DNA of 64,000 nt from Sedimentisphaerales bacterium (lineage in GTDB: Bacteria > Planctomycetota > Phycisphaerae > Sedimentisphaerales > Anaerobacaceae): NCBI GenBank assembly GCA_035342095.1, contig DAOQWL010000007.1:25015-89014 (forward strand), written 5' to 3'. The translations under genes and the position numbers were made by a program. Positions 54,155-64,000 of this stretch are shown in pieces (position 1 is the stretch's first letter; the number at the start of each line of letters is the position of its first letter). The notes beneath the pieces were generated by a model that was given only the letters and a program-made list of their open reading frames with translations, searched no databases and was not told where the DNA came from.

Positions 54155-55258
54155 TCATTGGACTCGTTTGTATGCCTCGGCGCCGACACTGGAGACGTAG
54201 ACGCCGCTCTCTTCCGCGACAGGCAGCGAGGGCCTCCGGTCGCCCTCCACGTCGCACCACACATTGCGACGGAAAACGAACGTCTCGACAGCGGTTCCCG
54301 GCCCGACATTTACAAAGACCTGCACTCGGGAATCGTAGAACACGAGGTTGTTCTCAAAGACCCCGCCGTGACAGGGACGAAATCGCGGGTCGGTCGTCTC
54401 CTGGAGGACGCGCAGCACCCACTTGTCGGGCAGGACGATCGTGTTGTGATGGACGCGTCCGCCGTCCGCGGTGACCCAGGCCACCGGCGCGATGCTCCCC
54501 TCGAAGCGGTTGCCCGCGATGGTGATGTTCCTGGCCTCGCAGTCCCCCACCTGGGGACGGAAGAACTGCAGGCCGGTGCTGCCGCCCAAGTTGATCGACC
54601 GCTGGCCGGCGTTCCGGAACAGGCAGCACTGCACGAGCACGTCCTCCGTGCCCCCCTTGAGCTGGACCGCGTTGGACTGCGAGAAGCCCTCGCGGCCTGT
54701 GAACGTGCAGTCCTCGACGACGCCGTGGCGGCAGCCAACCATGTCGATGCCGGACCCGCCCCAGCCCTCGAAATGGCAGTTTCGCACGCGGAAGTGATCC
54801 ACGCCGGACATCTTCAGCCCATCGTAGTTCCCGTCGGGACCGATTCCCGTGATGGTGACATTCTCCAGCGTGATGTGGTGTGCAGGGGTGTCGTACGAAC
54901 CGCCGTCGTCGATGTTGATCCCGTTTCCTGGGAAGCCCTCGACCCGGATGCTCTTCACGACGAGATGGCTGCAATCGGCGAAGTGGAACGCCTGCCCGCC
55001 GCCGCCTCGGAACACGGGCGGCACGTTGGGCTCGGCGCCCTGAATCACGATCGGAGCGTTTTCCGTCCCGGCCACGTTGGACAGATACAGGCCGCCCTCG
55101 TAGACACCCGGCTGCAAGGACACGGTCATCCCGGGCATCAGATGCCCCAGGACGGCTCTCAGTTCACTCGAACCATCGACGCGAATCTCCTGGCCCGACA
55201 GGCTGCCGCCCAGAACGCAGATCAATCCCACCCAGCAGGTCATGGAACGACATCGCAT
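54155..55258 (-). CDS. Secreted right-handed parallel beta-helix repeat protein
   Basis: Signal peptide. Repeated short beta-helix coils (VRNCHFEGWGGSGIDMVGCRHGVVEDCTF). The start could be 55243, 55258 or 55276. Confidence 0.7.
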   Translation of the reverse strand: MRCRSMTCWVGLICVLGGSLSGQEIRVDGSSELRAVLGHLMPGMTVSLQPGVYEGGLYLSNVAGTENAPIVIQGAEPNVPPVFRGGGGQAFHFADCSHLVVKSIRVEGFPGNGINIDDGGSYDTPAHHITLENVTITGIGPDGNYDGLKMSGVDHFRVRNCHFEGWGGSGIDMVGCRHGVVEDCTFTGREGFSQSNAVQLKGGTEDVLVQCCLFRNAGQRSINLGGSTGLQFFRPQVGDCEARNITIAGNRFEGSIAPVAWVTADGGRVHHNTIVLPDKWVLRVLQETTDPRFRPCHGGVFENNLVFYDSRVQVFVNVGPGTAVETFVFRRNVWCDVEGDRRPSLPVAEESGVYVSSVGAEAYKRVQ

Positions 55259-55262
55259 CTCA

Positions 55263-56648
55263 TCACCTCGCAGCATCGGCGGCAGGCATCATCTCGTCGG
55301 CGCCAAGGTCCGGCCTGTCGTCCCGGCGCTGGCTATCGATGTCCTCAGCCAGAGGCGCCGGCAGGACGATGCCCCGGTCAACGATCCCGGACGCCGGCGG
55401 CGTCAGGTGCAGATTGCCCTGGCTCGGATCTGTGAATGTCGCAGACGCATCCTCGAGCAGATTGCCCAGAAACTGAATCTCGCTGTCCGACTCGTTGCTT
55501 ATGCGGGGCCCGCTGAGCAGGTTGTTGGCCACCGTCAACCCATCGTTGGCGAAGACCGTGCGAATCAAACGATTCATCCGGGTCTGCGGATCGTGGATCG
55601 TGTTGTGCAGGATCTGGCAGTCCTTCGTATAGACCGTTACGATGCCGGCCTCGGGTGCCCGCGTGATGAAGTTGTTGCGGGCCACGCAACGAACGCAGTG
55701 GCGCTGCACGCCTTCCGCGCGGTGGGCGTTGCCGAGCTGGAGGCCCACGTCGCAGTCGATGATGATATTCCGCTCGATCGCGCAATCCTGCGAGTCGAAC
55801 CACAGGAAGATGGCCCCGCGTCCCTCGAAGGTTCTGCCCTGAATCCCGACGAACACGTTGTCGCTGATGATCCAGCCCCTCGCGTACATCACGTCGATGC
55901 CGGCGACGTAGTTGCCCTGGGCGATGTCGTCGGGGTCGTCGCTCAACTGCTTGGGCCGGTCGTTGTAGAACAGGCAGTACTGCACGCGGCAGCCATGCGG
56001 GCGGAGGGCCTCGCGGTTCTCCTCGGGGACCTTCACGCCCTTGACGCCCCGCTGCCAGATGTTGTGGATGATGCAGTTGTGGATCGTCAGTCTCTGGACG
56101 CCGGAATCGGAGTTGATCTTGAAGCCGTTGTACCGGACGTTCTGAATGCTCAGATCGGCGATGATCACGTCCGAGCAGCCTCGGAGGCCCAGCAGCTCCC
56201 CATGCTGACTTCGTGCGCCGTCGAGGATGACCCGTTCGCGGTGCCCCGACGCCCCCCGCAGAGTCACGCGGTCCGCGCGGATCTCGATGTACCGAGGCAG
56301 CAGGTAGTGCCCGTCGGCGACACAGATCGTCTGGCCGGGCCTGGCCTGTTCCACGGCATGGACAAGACCCTCCACCGTCGAAACCTCAACCCTGTCTTCT
56401 GACGCAGGCGGCAGCGCCGGCGCCCGCGGGAACCACGCCTGAACCGGTGGGTTCAGAGCGGGACCGGGCGAGGGCTCCCCCGCCGTTGCAGCAGCCGACC
56501 ACAGACAGACGAACAGAGCCAAGCTGCCCGCCGCCGCACATCGGCACGAGTTATATCCGACCACAGACTTGCTCAAACCTTCACTCCTCAAGCACGAATC
56601 CACGGCCAGTGTAGGCGAATCCACGGATCGAATCAAGCTGTAGACCAA
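55263..56648 (-). CDS. Secreted right-handed parallel beta-helix repeat protein (paralogous architecture)
   Basis: Beta-helix coils (IHNCIIHNIWQRGVKG, IERNIIIDCDVGLQLGN, ARNNFITRAPEAGI). The N-terminal start is uncertain. Confidence 0.7.
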   Translation of the reverse strand: MVYSLIRSVDSPTLAVDSCLRSEGLSKSVVGYNSCRCAAAGSLALFVCLWSAAATAGEPSPGPALNPPVQAWFPRAPALPPASEDRVEVSTVEGLVHAVEQARPGQTICVADGHYLLPRYIEIRADRVTLRGASGHRERVILDGARSQHGELLGLRGCSDVIIADLSIQNVRYNGFKINSDSGVQRLTIHNCIIHNIWQRGVKGVKVPEENREALRPHGCRVQYCLFYNDRPKQLSDDPDDIAQGNYVAGIDVMYARGWIISDNVFVGIQGRTFEGRGAIFLWFDSQDCAIERNIIIDCDVGLQLGNAHRAEGVQRHCVRCVARNNFITRAPEAGIVTVYTKDCQILHNTIHDPQTRMNRLIRTVFANDGLTVANNLLSGPRISNESDSEIQFLGNLLEDASATFTDPSQGNLHLTPPASGIVDRGIVLPAPLAEDIDSQRRDDRPDLGADEMMPAADAAR

Positions 56649-56687
56649 CTATGGAACAAGACGCTCCATCGTGCTATGATTATTGCC

Positions 56688-58025
56688 ATGAAGAACCTGT
56701 CCAGACTACTGGTACTCGCGGCGGCCGTGGAGATGATTGCCCTGTCGGCGGCTGCTCGCGCGGACGCCGAGACGTGCGAGAATGAAGAGATATTCCCCAT
56801 CGTGCAGCAACACGTGCATGGCTCGACCATCGTGGAGCTGCCCAATGGCGACCTGCTGACGGCCTGGTTTCAGGGTTCCGGCGAGCGGTGGGCCGACGAC
56901 GTGGCCATCATGGGGGCCCGGCGCAAGGCCGGGGCAACCGCCTGGAGCAAGCCGTTCGTTATGGCCGACACACCGGGCTTTCCCGACATCAATCCTGTCC
57001 TGTTCCTGGATTCGCGGAATCGGCTCTGGCTCCTCTGGTACACGGTTATCGCGAACCAGTGGGATACGTCACTGCTGAAGTACCGTCTCAGCGAGGACTA
57101 CGCGAGCCAGGCCCAGGCGCCGAGGTGGACTTGGCAGGAAGTGCTGCACGTCAAGCCGGGCGACTTGGCGGAGCGCGGCATCCAGCCTGGCGACCGATTC
57201 GTCAAGTCCATCGAACGACAGATCGAGGAGTACGCAGAGTACCTCCAGGAGGCCTACGCATCGCAGCCACTCCAGGCGACCGCGGCCGTTGGTCTATGGA
57301 AGGTGCACAGTTCCCAATTGCTCTCGAAGGCACGAGGCGAGGACATGGTCCGCAAAGGCATCCTTCGGTCCTCCTCGGGCGAATCCGCATCGGCGGACCT
57401 CGGATACCCCTATTTCCGGCGGATGGGATGGCAGACGAAGAACAAGGCGGTTCTCATCGACGGCAAGCGACTGATCGTGCCCCTGTACTCCGACGGATTC
57501 AGCTTCTCCCTGATGGCGATCACGGACGACGACGGCGCGACATGGCAGTTCAGCGAGCCGCTGGTCGGCGCAGGCAATATCCAGCCGAGCATCGCCCGCA
57601 GGGGGGACGGGGCGCTCGTCGCCTACATGCGGGACAACGGTCCCCCGCCGCAACGATTGCACGTCAGCACATCCACCGACGCCGGACTGACCTGGAGTAC
57701 GGTCCACGACTCCGACCTTCCGAATCCGGGCTCCGGGGCCGACATTGTGATGCTGGGCAACGGCCACTGGGTTCTGGCCTACAACGATACGGAAAAGGGC
57801 CGGCACAGCCTGGCGGTCTCGCTCTCCACGGATGACGGCAAGACGTGGTCGCACACGCGGCACCTGGAGCACGCCGAGACCGCCGAAGGTGCACCGAGCG
57901 CGGCCTATCCCTCGATCATCCAGACTTCCGACGGCAGTCTCCACGTCGTGTACAGCCAGCACGGCAACGCGGGCAAGACCATCAAGCACGCCCGATTCAC
58001 CGAGCAGTGGCTCATGGCGAGGTAG
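56688..58025 (+). CDS. BNR/Asp-box repeat exo-alpha-sialidase-like glycosidase
   Basis: Signal peptide. Asp-boxes ITDDDGATWQ, STSTDAGLTWS and SLSTDDGKTWS. Confidence 0.75.
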   Translation: MKNLSRLLVLAAAVEMIALSAAARADAETCENEEIFPIVQQHVHGSTIVELPNGDLLTAWFQGSGERWADDVAIMGARRKAGATAWSKPFVMADTPGFPDINPVLFLDSRNRLWLLWYTVIANQWDTSLLKYRLSEDYASQAQAPRWTWQEVLHVKPGDLAERGIQPGDRFVKSIERQIEEYAEYLQEAYASQPLQATAAVGLWKVHSSQLLSKARGEDMVRKGILRSSSGESASADLGYPYFRRMGWQTKNKAVLIDGKRLIVPLYSDGFSFSLMAITDDDGATWQFSEPLVGAGNIQPSIARRGDGALVAYMRDNGPPPQRLHVSTSTDAGLTWSTVHDSDLPNPGSGADIVMLGNGHWVLAYNDTEKGRHSLAVSLSTDDGKTWSHTRHLEHAETAEGAPSAAYPSIIQTSDGSLHVVYSQHGNAGKTIKHARFTEQWLMAR

Positions 58026-59568
58026 AGGCTTCGAGATCGCCAAAGCGGACGTGGCTGCCGGGCAGGGCCTCGCGATGAGACGCCCGGGTCATCCAGGCGA
58101 CGGCAAGCAACAGCAGCGGGACAAGACAGAGCGACACCCAGAAGCGCCAGCCGAGGCGCCAGGAATCGGCGGACGCAGGACATGGCTGGTTCGGTTCGTT
58201 CACCGCCCGTCCCGGCAGGGCAAGCACGATCAGCGAGCAGATGCCCGCCGTGACCCAGAAACTCATCTGCACGAGGAATGTCGCTCTGCTGGACATCGCG
58301 GGAAGTGCCTGCATGGAGGTCCCGACCGTGAATACCCACAGGACCATGAGGAACAGCAGTTGGGCTCGACCGAAGCTGCTCTCGGGCAGAATCGCCAGGG
58401 TGCCGCGATGACGCCGGAGGATCGCGACCATCAGACTCGCCAACACCAGGATGCCCACGATCCGCAGCCACGCCGTTGCGGAGATGCCGAGGACCTCTCC
58501 GGGAACCTGGTTCCGTGTCACCCAGCTCGTGATGTTCTTCGAGAGGTTGAGATACATCATGACCGGCAGGAGCAGCACGAGCGAGACGGTCCGCAGCCGT
58601 CGGCTCGGGGGATCATCAGCGGGCGGGCTCGAAATCCTCGGGGCGATCCGGAGGAGGAACACGCTGCCGACACCCAATCCCATGATGAAGCCGAACGACT
58701 GCTCCATCCACTTCCAGGTATCCAGTTCTTGGAAGATGGCGCATCGGCCGATCGGTCCCCATTGGGCCCGGCCGAGCATGTTGAGAAAGTCGCCGAGCAC
58801 GAAGCCGGCGCCGCCGATGAGGACGCCCCACGCCGCGGCGGTCACTGCCACGCGATCTCTTCGCCTGAGGAGGTACAGAACCAAAGCGGAAAACAGGCCG
58901 ACACTGCCGGCCCAGTTGTCGCTTCGCGGCGGGGTCATGTGCAGGCCCAGCAGGACCGTCAGAACCAGATACCCGATCCACCAGCCGGCCGCCAGCAGGG
59001 CAACCAGACCGCAGGCGCTGCGGTCCGTGGGAAACAGCACGGCACAGACACCGGCAACCAGAATCGCCGACGACGCGCCCACCCAGTCCGTATCGTGGAG
59101 GCTCCAGAGACTGACCAGACGATCCGTGAGGCCGCTGGTCGCCAGACCGAACCAGGCGACTCCCAGCACAACCAGCGGCCGCGCGAACCGCTCGAGGTGC
59201 GATGCAGACTGCGTGATGCTCCTGGCCAGAATGGCCGAGCCGACGCCCGCCCACAATCCGCCGATGACGAACAGACACGCGTAGCCGTAGCAGACGTCGG
59301 CCGGCGACGAGGACGCGGTATAGCCGATGATCCGACCGTAGCTCATCTGGCCGCCGAAGGCCCAGCCGAGAGCGCCGCACATCCCCATGATGCTTGCCCG
59401 TCGCCACCAGTCCTCGCGTCCGCCTGCGGCGCAGACGGCCAAACCCAGCAGCGCCCCGGGAATCATCGCGCCGGCTTCATGGCCGTAATCCCCGCGAATG
59501 CCCCAGCCGACGGACATGGCCAGACCCGCCAGGAGGACGCCGCCAATCGCGCGAGAACGGTTCGACAT
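58012..59568 (-). CDS. Polytopic integral membrane protein of unknown function (>=12 TM)
   Basis: Hydrophobic segments throughout. The opposite-strand 614-aa ORF is Arg/Pro/Gly-rich junk. Its 3' end overlaps the sialidase 3' end by 14 nt. Confidence 0.55.
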   Translation of the reverse strand: MSNRSRAIGGVLLAGLAMSVGWGIRGDYGHEAGAMIPGALLGLAVCAAGGREDWWRRASIMGMCGALGWAFGGQMSYGRIIGYTASSSPADVCYGYACLFVIGGLWAGVGSAILARSITQSASHLERFARPLVVLGVAWFGLATSGLTDRLVSLWSLHDTDWVGASSAILVAGVCAVLFPTDRSACGLVALLAAGWWIGYLVLTVLLGLHMTPPRSDNWAGSVGLFSALVLYLLRRRDRVAVTAAAWGVLIGGAGFVLGDFLNMLGRAQWGPIGRCAIFQELDTWKWMEQSFGFIMGLGVGSVFLLRIAPRISSPPADDPPSRRLRTVSLVLLLPVMMYLNLSKNITSWVTRNQVPGEVLGISATAWLRIVGILVLASLMVAILRRHRGTLAILPESSFGRAQLLFLMVLWVFTVGTSMQALPAMSSRATFLVQMSFWVTAGICSLIVLALPGRAVNEPNQPCPASADSWRLGWRFWVSLCLVPLLLLAVAWMTRASHREALPGSHVRFGDLEASTSP

Positions 59569-59577
59569 AGGGGAATC

Positions 59578-61869
59578 TCACTCGCGAGAGAATGTCACTC
59601 TCTGTCCCGGTCGCATGTCGAGGAGCAGTTCCTGGTCGTGGATCGTGACGGGCCCCGCGCGAGCGCCGGACAGTGAATAGTGGCTCATGCCGACTGGGTT
59701 CTCCAGACGCAGACGGCCGCCCGCTTCGGCGATGATCTCCAGGGACTGGACGAGACCCTCCTCGCGGCTGGCGGAGACGACAAACGCCCCTTCCGCGCGC
59801 AGTCCTTTGAAGGACACGTCGCGCCAGCTCGCAGGGATTGCCGGGAACAGGCGAATCGTACCGCTGTAGCTCTGGAGGAGCATCTCCTGCAGGCCCGCCG
59901 CGGCGGCGAAGTTGCCCTCCAGCGTGAAGGGCCGGTAGCGGAAGTCAGAGTAGCCTGTGCCAGTCTGGTCGCCATTGCAATGGAACCCGTTGCGGAGGCA
60001 GAAGGCCCGCGAGAAGATCTCCAATGCCTGCTCGGCCTTCTCGCCGTCGCGTGCTCGGGCAGCCAGGTTCGCCAGCCAGGAGAAACTGTAGCCGCACCAC
60101 TGCCTGGTGCCCTTCTGGTCCAGATCGGCCAGCGATGCCCTGATGATGGCACGGTCGCGATCTCCGTTCTCCCAGCGGATTGTGCCCAGCGGATGAATCG
60201 CCATGAGGTGCGAGAAGTGCCTGTGGGAGGCTTGGAGCGGATAGTCCTTTGCCACCAGCAATTTGCTGCTGTTTGGATCGGTCGCCAGGTCCGGCATCTC
60301 CGAGAGAACACCTCGCCAGTGTTGCGCGTCCTGCTTCTTCCCAAGCAGTCCAGCCAGTTCCGCGGTCCGCTCGAACGTCCATCGAATCAGGGCCAGGTCG
60401 TAGTTGGTGATCGAGGGGAACCAGGCGTCCAGGCGATTGTCGTTGATCTCGGGGGACGAACTCAACGGGAGTGTCCGTCTACCGTCCGGGCCTTTCTCCG
60501 TCACCGCCTCCAGGAAAATCGATGTGTCTCGGAACCACGGATAGACGCGCTCCCTGAGAAACCGGCGGTCCATGCTGTAGCGCCATTGCAGCCAGAAGTG
60601 ATGGGCGAGCCAGGCGCTCGTCGTCGCGGAGTGCGTGTACTGGTGCCAGCCGCCGATTTGGTTCTGCTCCAGGTCCGCGGTCATAGGCACATTCAGGCCG
60701 GGAAGATCGAAAAACCGCTTCGTCCATTCGCGGGCATTGTCCCTCGTTGCCCAGAGCCAATTCACATAGCCCGAGGCGCCGTCGAGCCGGTTGCCGCTGT
60801 AGGCGGGCCAGTAGCTCAGTTGCGTGTTCAGATCGTGATGGTAGTCGCCCTTCCACGGCGGGATCTTCATGTCGTCCGCGGTCCACGGCCCCTGGAGCGT
60901 GATCGGCGGGGTATCCGCCCGAGCCGCAGCGCCGAACTTGTAGGTCTCCAGGTGCCACTGTCGCTCGATCACGGGATTCGGCACGGAGACCGCGGTCCGA
61001 TCCCAGTAGGAAGCCCACCACTGGCGGTGAGTCCGTGCCAAGGCATCGGGTTTGCGTCGAAGCGCCGTCTCGCAGCGTTTCCTCGCCGTCGCCAGCGGGT
61101 CGCGCGATTCCTGGGACGTCGCGATCGACCAGACGCCGAGCCAGCCTTCGTTCGACTGCCTCCAGGCAAGGGCTACCGCGAAGCTGAAACCGCCCCACCC
61201 CTTCTGCAGGTAGCCGGTCCAGTTGTCGCCATGTTGCTCGATGGGCGCCTCATACCGCAGGGTGGCCAGGTCGCCGGCGCTGATCTTGCCTGCCCCCGCC
61301 TCCTCGGTGACCTTGCCGGCGAATGGCGGCGCAATCAGCGAGACTGATGCCGGTTTGCGAGACGCGACCTGGATCACGCCGAGCGGCTGTTCCGCGTGTA
61401 CGAAGATCCGCACCGTGACCTCATCTGCAAACCGCACCTCGCAAGTCGCTGTTGCGAGGTCCAGCGAGGCGTCCTTGAACGCGGAGTCGTCGAACGTCAA
61501 CTCGATGCGACCGGCGGGGATCTTCGTCGGGCCGGGGTGGCCGTAAGGATCGTCATAGAGCCGGTGCAGGTCCTGAATGCGGCCCTCCTTGACCCACTGA
61601 CGCATCGTCTTGTACGAGTAGTCCGCGGAATGGAACTCGGGCACCGGACGCAAGTCCCAGAGGTCCGTCCGGTCCAGCGAGATCCGCAGGGGTTTGCCGT
61701 CGCCCCAGACGAGCGCCCCGAGCAACCCGTTGCCCAGGGGCATGGCTTCGTCCCAGACCAGAGCAGGCTCGGCGTAATGAAGCCCATGCTCTGACCGAGG
61801 CTGCGCATTGGCCCATCCGCACAGGGCACTCGAAAGCACAATCAGACACAAGACGATTCGCTGCCGCAT
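59578..61869 (-). CDS. Glycoside hydrolase family 95-like (alpha-L-fucosidase-type)
   Basis: N-terminal WDEAMPLGNGLLGALVWGDG...ISLDRTDLWD, a large (alpha/alpha)6-type central region, and a signal peptide from the ATG at 61869. Confidence 0.78.
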   Translation of the reverse strand: MRQRIVLCLIVLSSALCGWANAQPRSEHGLHYAEPALVWDEAMPLGNGLLGALVWGDGKPLRISLDRTDLWDLRPVPEFHSADYSYKTMRQWVKEGRIQDLHRLYDDPYGHPGPTKIPAGRIELTFDDSAFKDASLDLATATCEVRFADEVTVRIFVHAEQPLGVIQVASRKPASVSLIAPPFAGKVTEEAGAGKISAGDLATLRYEAPIEQHGDNWTGYLQKGWGGFSFAVALAWRQSNEGWLGVWSIATSQESRDPLATARKRCETALRRKPDALARTHRQWWASYWDRTAVSVPNPVIERQWHLETYKFGAAARADTPPITLQGPWTADDMKIPPWKGDYHHDLNTQLSYWPAYSGNRLDGASGYVNWLWATRDNAREWTKRFFDLPGLNVPMTADLEQNQIGGWHQYTHSATTSAWLAHHFWLQWRYSMDRRFLRERVYPWFRDTSIFLEAVTEKGPDGRRTLPLSSSPEINDNRLDAWFPSITNYDLALIRWTFERTAELAGLLGKKQDAQHWRGVLSEMPDLATDPNSSKLLVAKDYPLQASHRHFSHLMAIHPLGTIRWENGDRDRAIIRASLADLDQKGTRQWCGYSFSWLANLAARARDGEKAEQALEIFSRAFCLRNGFHCNGDQTGTGYSDFRYRPFTLEGNFAAAAGLQEMLLQSYSGTIRLFPAIPASWRDVSFKGLRAEGAFVVSASREEGLVQSLEIIAEAGGRLRLENPVGMSHYSLSGARAGPVTIHDQELLLDMRPGQRVTFSRE

Positions 61870-61916
61870 ACTGTTCCGCCCTCCGGTGTCTGCCATCTTC
61901 GATTCTCCGTCAAGCC

Positions 61917-62996
61917 CTATACGTGTACACAAGGACAATACCCATGCGGGCTGTCGAGATGGAACGACCTGTGCAACGGCAGTCCCATGGCGACCCGTTC
62001 TTCATCGGCCTTGAAGACAGACCCACGGCCTGTCCCCAGTTCCTGAAGCCTGGCGACTTCCGCATCCGTGATCGGCCGATACGACCGTCCCGCGACGATG
62101 GCCTTGTCCACGAGGTCCAGGAATGAAGGCGGAATCGCCGCGACCACGCCAGCCTGCGAGAGCGAGAAGCGGACCGCCAGATCGATCTCGTCCTGGCTCT
62201 CGACGGTCCGATACCACCATTTGCGGGTCCGCGTCGCGCCCTGGGGCCACGCCCCTGCGCACAACGTCTTCATGGCGAACACCGCGACGCCCCGCTCCCG
62301 GGCACACTCGATCACCGTCTTGCCGAATCCCCACTGGAGATAGTCCACGAAGTCTATCGGGAACATGATCGAGTCGAATGGATAGCCTTTCAGCATCTCG
62401 ATCGCGCCCTTGGTTGTGTGCGCTGAAAGGCCCAGGTAGCGGACCTTCCCTTCTTCCTTGGCCTTGAGGAAGGTCTCGAGGGCGCCGCCCGGCCCGAGGG
62501 CTTGCCGGGCTTCCTCGGGTGTGAAGACCGCGTGCGCCTGGTAGAGGTCGAAGTGATCGGTCTTGAGCCGCGTCAGGGACCGTTCCAGTTCCTCGCGGGC
62601 CCCCTGCTTGTCGCGTTTCTTCGTCTTGCAGGCGAGGAAGATCTTGCTGCGGTCGATGCCCTCCAGGCCGACGCCCATCTTGATCTCGCATTCCCCGTCC
62701 CGCCCGTAGGCAGGCGCCACGTCGAAGTAGTTGATTCCCTCGTCGAAAGCCTTGCGAATCCCGGCGGCGCCTTCCTCCTGGCCCTGCTGGGATAGCGCCA
62801 AGCCCGGGAAACCGATGACCGAGAGCTTCTCGCCCGTCTTCCCGAGGACCCGTCGAGGTAACTCGGCCGCCCTTTCGCCGCCGACTGCCGGCAACGCCTG
62901 GGCTGCAAGTAGTGTGCAGGGTGCCGCCGCACAACTGCCGGCCGCCGCGCTCGCCACTTTCAGGAACTCTCTTCTTTGCATGACTGCCCCCTTCAT
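61917..62996 (-). CDS. Tat-signal aldo/keto reductase
   Basis: MQRREFLKVASAAAGS twin-arginine signal. AKR motifs INYFDVAPAYG and HFDLYQAH. Confidence 0.85.
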   Translation of the reverse strand: MKGAVMQRREFLKVASAAAGSCAAAPCTLLAAQALPAVGGERAAELPRRVLGKTGEKLSVIGFPGLALSQQGQEEGAAGIRKAFDEGINYFDVAPAYGRDGECEIKMGVGLEGIDRSKIFLACKTKKRDKQGAREELERSLTRLKTDHFDLYQAHAVFTPEEARQALGPGGALETFLKAKEEGKVRYLGLSAHTTKGAIEMLKGYPFDSIMFPIDFVDYLQWGFGKTVIECARERGVAVFAMKTLCAGAWPQGATRTRKWWYRTVESQDEIDLAVRFSLSQAGVVAAIPPSFLDLVDKAIVAGRSYRPITDAEVARLQELGTGRGSVFKADEERVAMGLPLHRSFHLDSPHGYCPCVHV

Positions 62997-63111
62997 ACTC
63001 CCATACGAATCGTGACCGGCAACCCCGTGGCGGGTTCAACCCTGCCGCGGACTTCAATGTCATTGTAGAGGTCAATCCGGCCTCTGGCAACCACCAGGAT
63101 CGTGAAGGTCA

Positions 63112-64000
63112 TTAGGCGAGTCGGCCGCAGGCGGAGCAATCGACGGAAAGGGACGACAGGTGCTCCGCGACCTTGCCGGCAATCCAGACCGGGCCGCCAT
63201 AGGAACAAATCGTTCGATAGAGCGGGAGCTTGTCGGGGAAAAAGCTGGCTTCGACCATCCCCGTGGCGTCCTCCAGCGTCGCAAAGCCCATCACGCGGTT
63301 ATCGCTGGTGCGGGCCCGACGGGCCGTGGCGACGAATCCCGCGACGGTGACGGTTCTGCCGAGAAAGCCATGCAGCCGGGAGGCAGTCACATAACGTTTG
63401 GGCAGCAGAACCGACGGATGCATGACGAATGATACGCCCGTGACGTCGAGCTCCGCCTCCAGTTTGGCGATCCCATCGTAGTCGGGCAGGCTTCGAGGCG
63501 ACGATGCGTGGATGTCAAACAGCATGGGCTCCTGCGACGGCAGGGCAAAACGCAGTTCGCCCAGCATCGCCGGTCGCGTGGGCCCCAGGCCGTCGCAGGC
63601 CCCCACGTGAATGAGATTCTGCAATTCCGGCTTGCGGAACCTTATGCGTCTGCGCAGATCGGCCAGGTCGCGGAATGGACCATGACGACGCTGCTCGACA
63701 ATCGCTCGCGAGGTCGCGCCGGTCAATCCTTTCACCAGATTCAGTCCCGCGCGGATGGCGCAATCCTGGAGGCTCCATTCGATCTCGCTGTGGTTCACGT
63801 GCGGCGGCCGGACCGCGATGCCGTGTCGCTTGGCGTCCCAGACATACACTCGCAGCGGGTACATCCCTTGGTGATTGTTGAACAGGGAGCAGTAGAACTC
63901 CTGGGGATAGTGGGCCTTCAGCCAGGCGGTCTCCCAGGCGATATTGGCGTAGACGGTTGCGTGGGCTTTGCAGTAGGAGTAAGCGGCGAAGCGCAGGACC
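63112..64000 (-). CDS. dnaE: DNA polymerase III alpha subunit, C-terminal fragment (gene continues beyond the window)
   Basis: The frame is open to nt 64000. FAAYSYCKAHATVYANIAWETAWLKAHYPQEFY, an HhH region and an OB-fold (VTVAGFVATARRARTSDNRVMGFATLEDATG). Confidence 0.85.
   Translation of the reverse strand, partial: VLRFAAYSYCKAHATVYANIAWETAWLKAHYPQEFYCSLFNNHQGMYPLRVYVWDAKRHGIAVRPPHVNHSEIEWSLQDCAIRAGLNLVKGLTGATSRAIVEQRRHGPFRDLADLRRRIRFRKPELQNLIHVGACDGLGPTRPAMLGELRFALPSQEPMLFDIHASSPRSLPDYDGIAKLEAELDVTGVSFVMHPSVLLPKRYVTASRLHGFLGRTVTVAGFVATARRARTSDNRVMGFATLEDATGMVEASFFPDKLPLYRTICSYGGPVWIAGKVAEHLSSLSVDCSACGRLA

Noticed and set aside
57832-59676. 614-aa plus-strand ORF opposite the polytopic membrane protein; the shadow ORFs 51779-53632, 53678-55435, 55242-56402, 59680-61347, 8570-10147, 25207-26655 and 33831-35288 are similar cases
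   Set aside because: All are Arg/Pro/Gly/Asp-rich antisense translations of genes with recognisable domains or TM topology on the other strand.
1-64000. tRNA, rRNA, tmRNA, RNase P and SRP RNA genes
   Set aside because: All intergenic regions longer than 100 nt were inspected by eye. No cloverleaf-like acceptor/T-arm pattern or conserved SRP/RNase P motifs were seen. A tRNAscan-SE and Infernal run is needed to be certain.

Overview
High-G+C (~65-70% by hand-sampled windows) bacterial chromosomal segment. The gene content suggests a Planctomycetota-like organism (DUF1080/FG-GAP, Tat-dependent Gfo/Idh/MocA, DUF2961, GH95/GH16/BNR glycan genes); this is inference only. About 50 genes can be supported. 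They include an EPS export/modification locus (TPR, Wzc-like BY-kinase, epimerase), housekeeping genes (pheT, glgP-family phosphorylase, ptsN, uvrC, recQ, dacB, aminotransferase, tatA, dnaE fragment), two two-component operons, an NfeD/NfeD/FloA flotillin operon, two tandem CNNM/CorC transporters and a large glycan-degradation cluster. The most interesting content is two small, visibly A+T-richer islands. Each encodes an ABC/OLD-type ATPase translationally coupled to a small predicted nuclease. One is ATPase + Toprim-like partner at 6.2-7.9 kb (PARIS/AbiL-like but miniaturised). The other is a DUF3696-type ATPase + PIN-like protein at 49.2-51.1 kb, a pairing I cannot assign to a named defence system. 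Other signals: a promoter/structured RNA/terminator unit (6S-like candidate) upstream of glgP; a ~108-nt MITE/REP-like element family; GC-rich hairpin repeats; and dispersed A+T-rich heptad (GATTTNN)n tracts at gene boundaries. No tRNA, rRNA, CRISPR array, transposase or integrase was seen by eye. Many long ORFs in the track are antisense or out-of-frame shadows typical of high-G+C DNA and were rejected. All family assignments come from motif recognition by eye and need HMM or structure confirmation.
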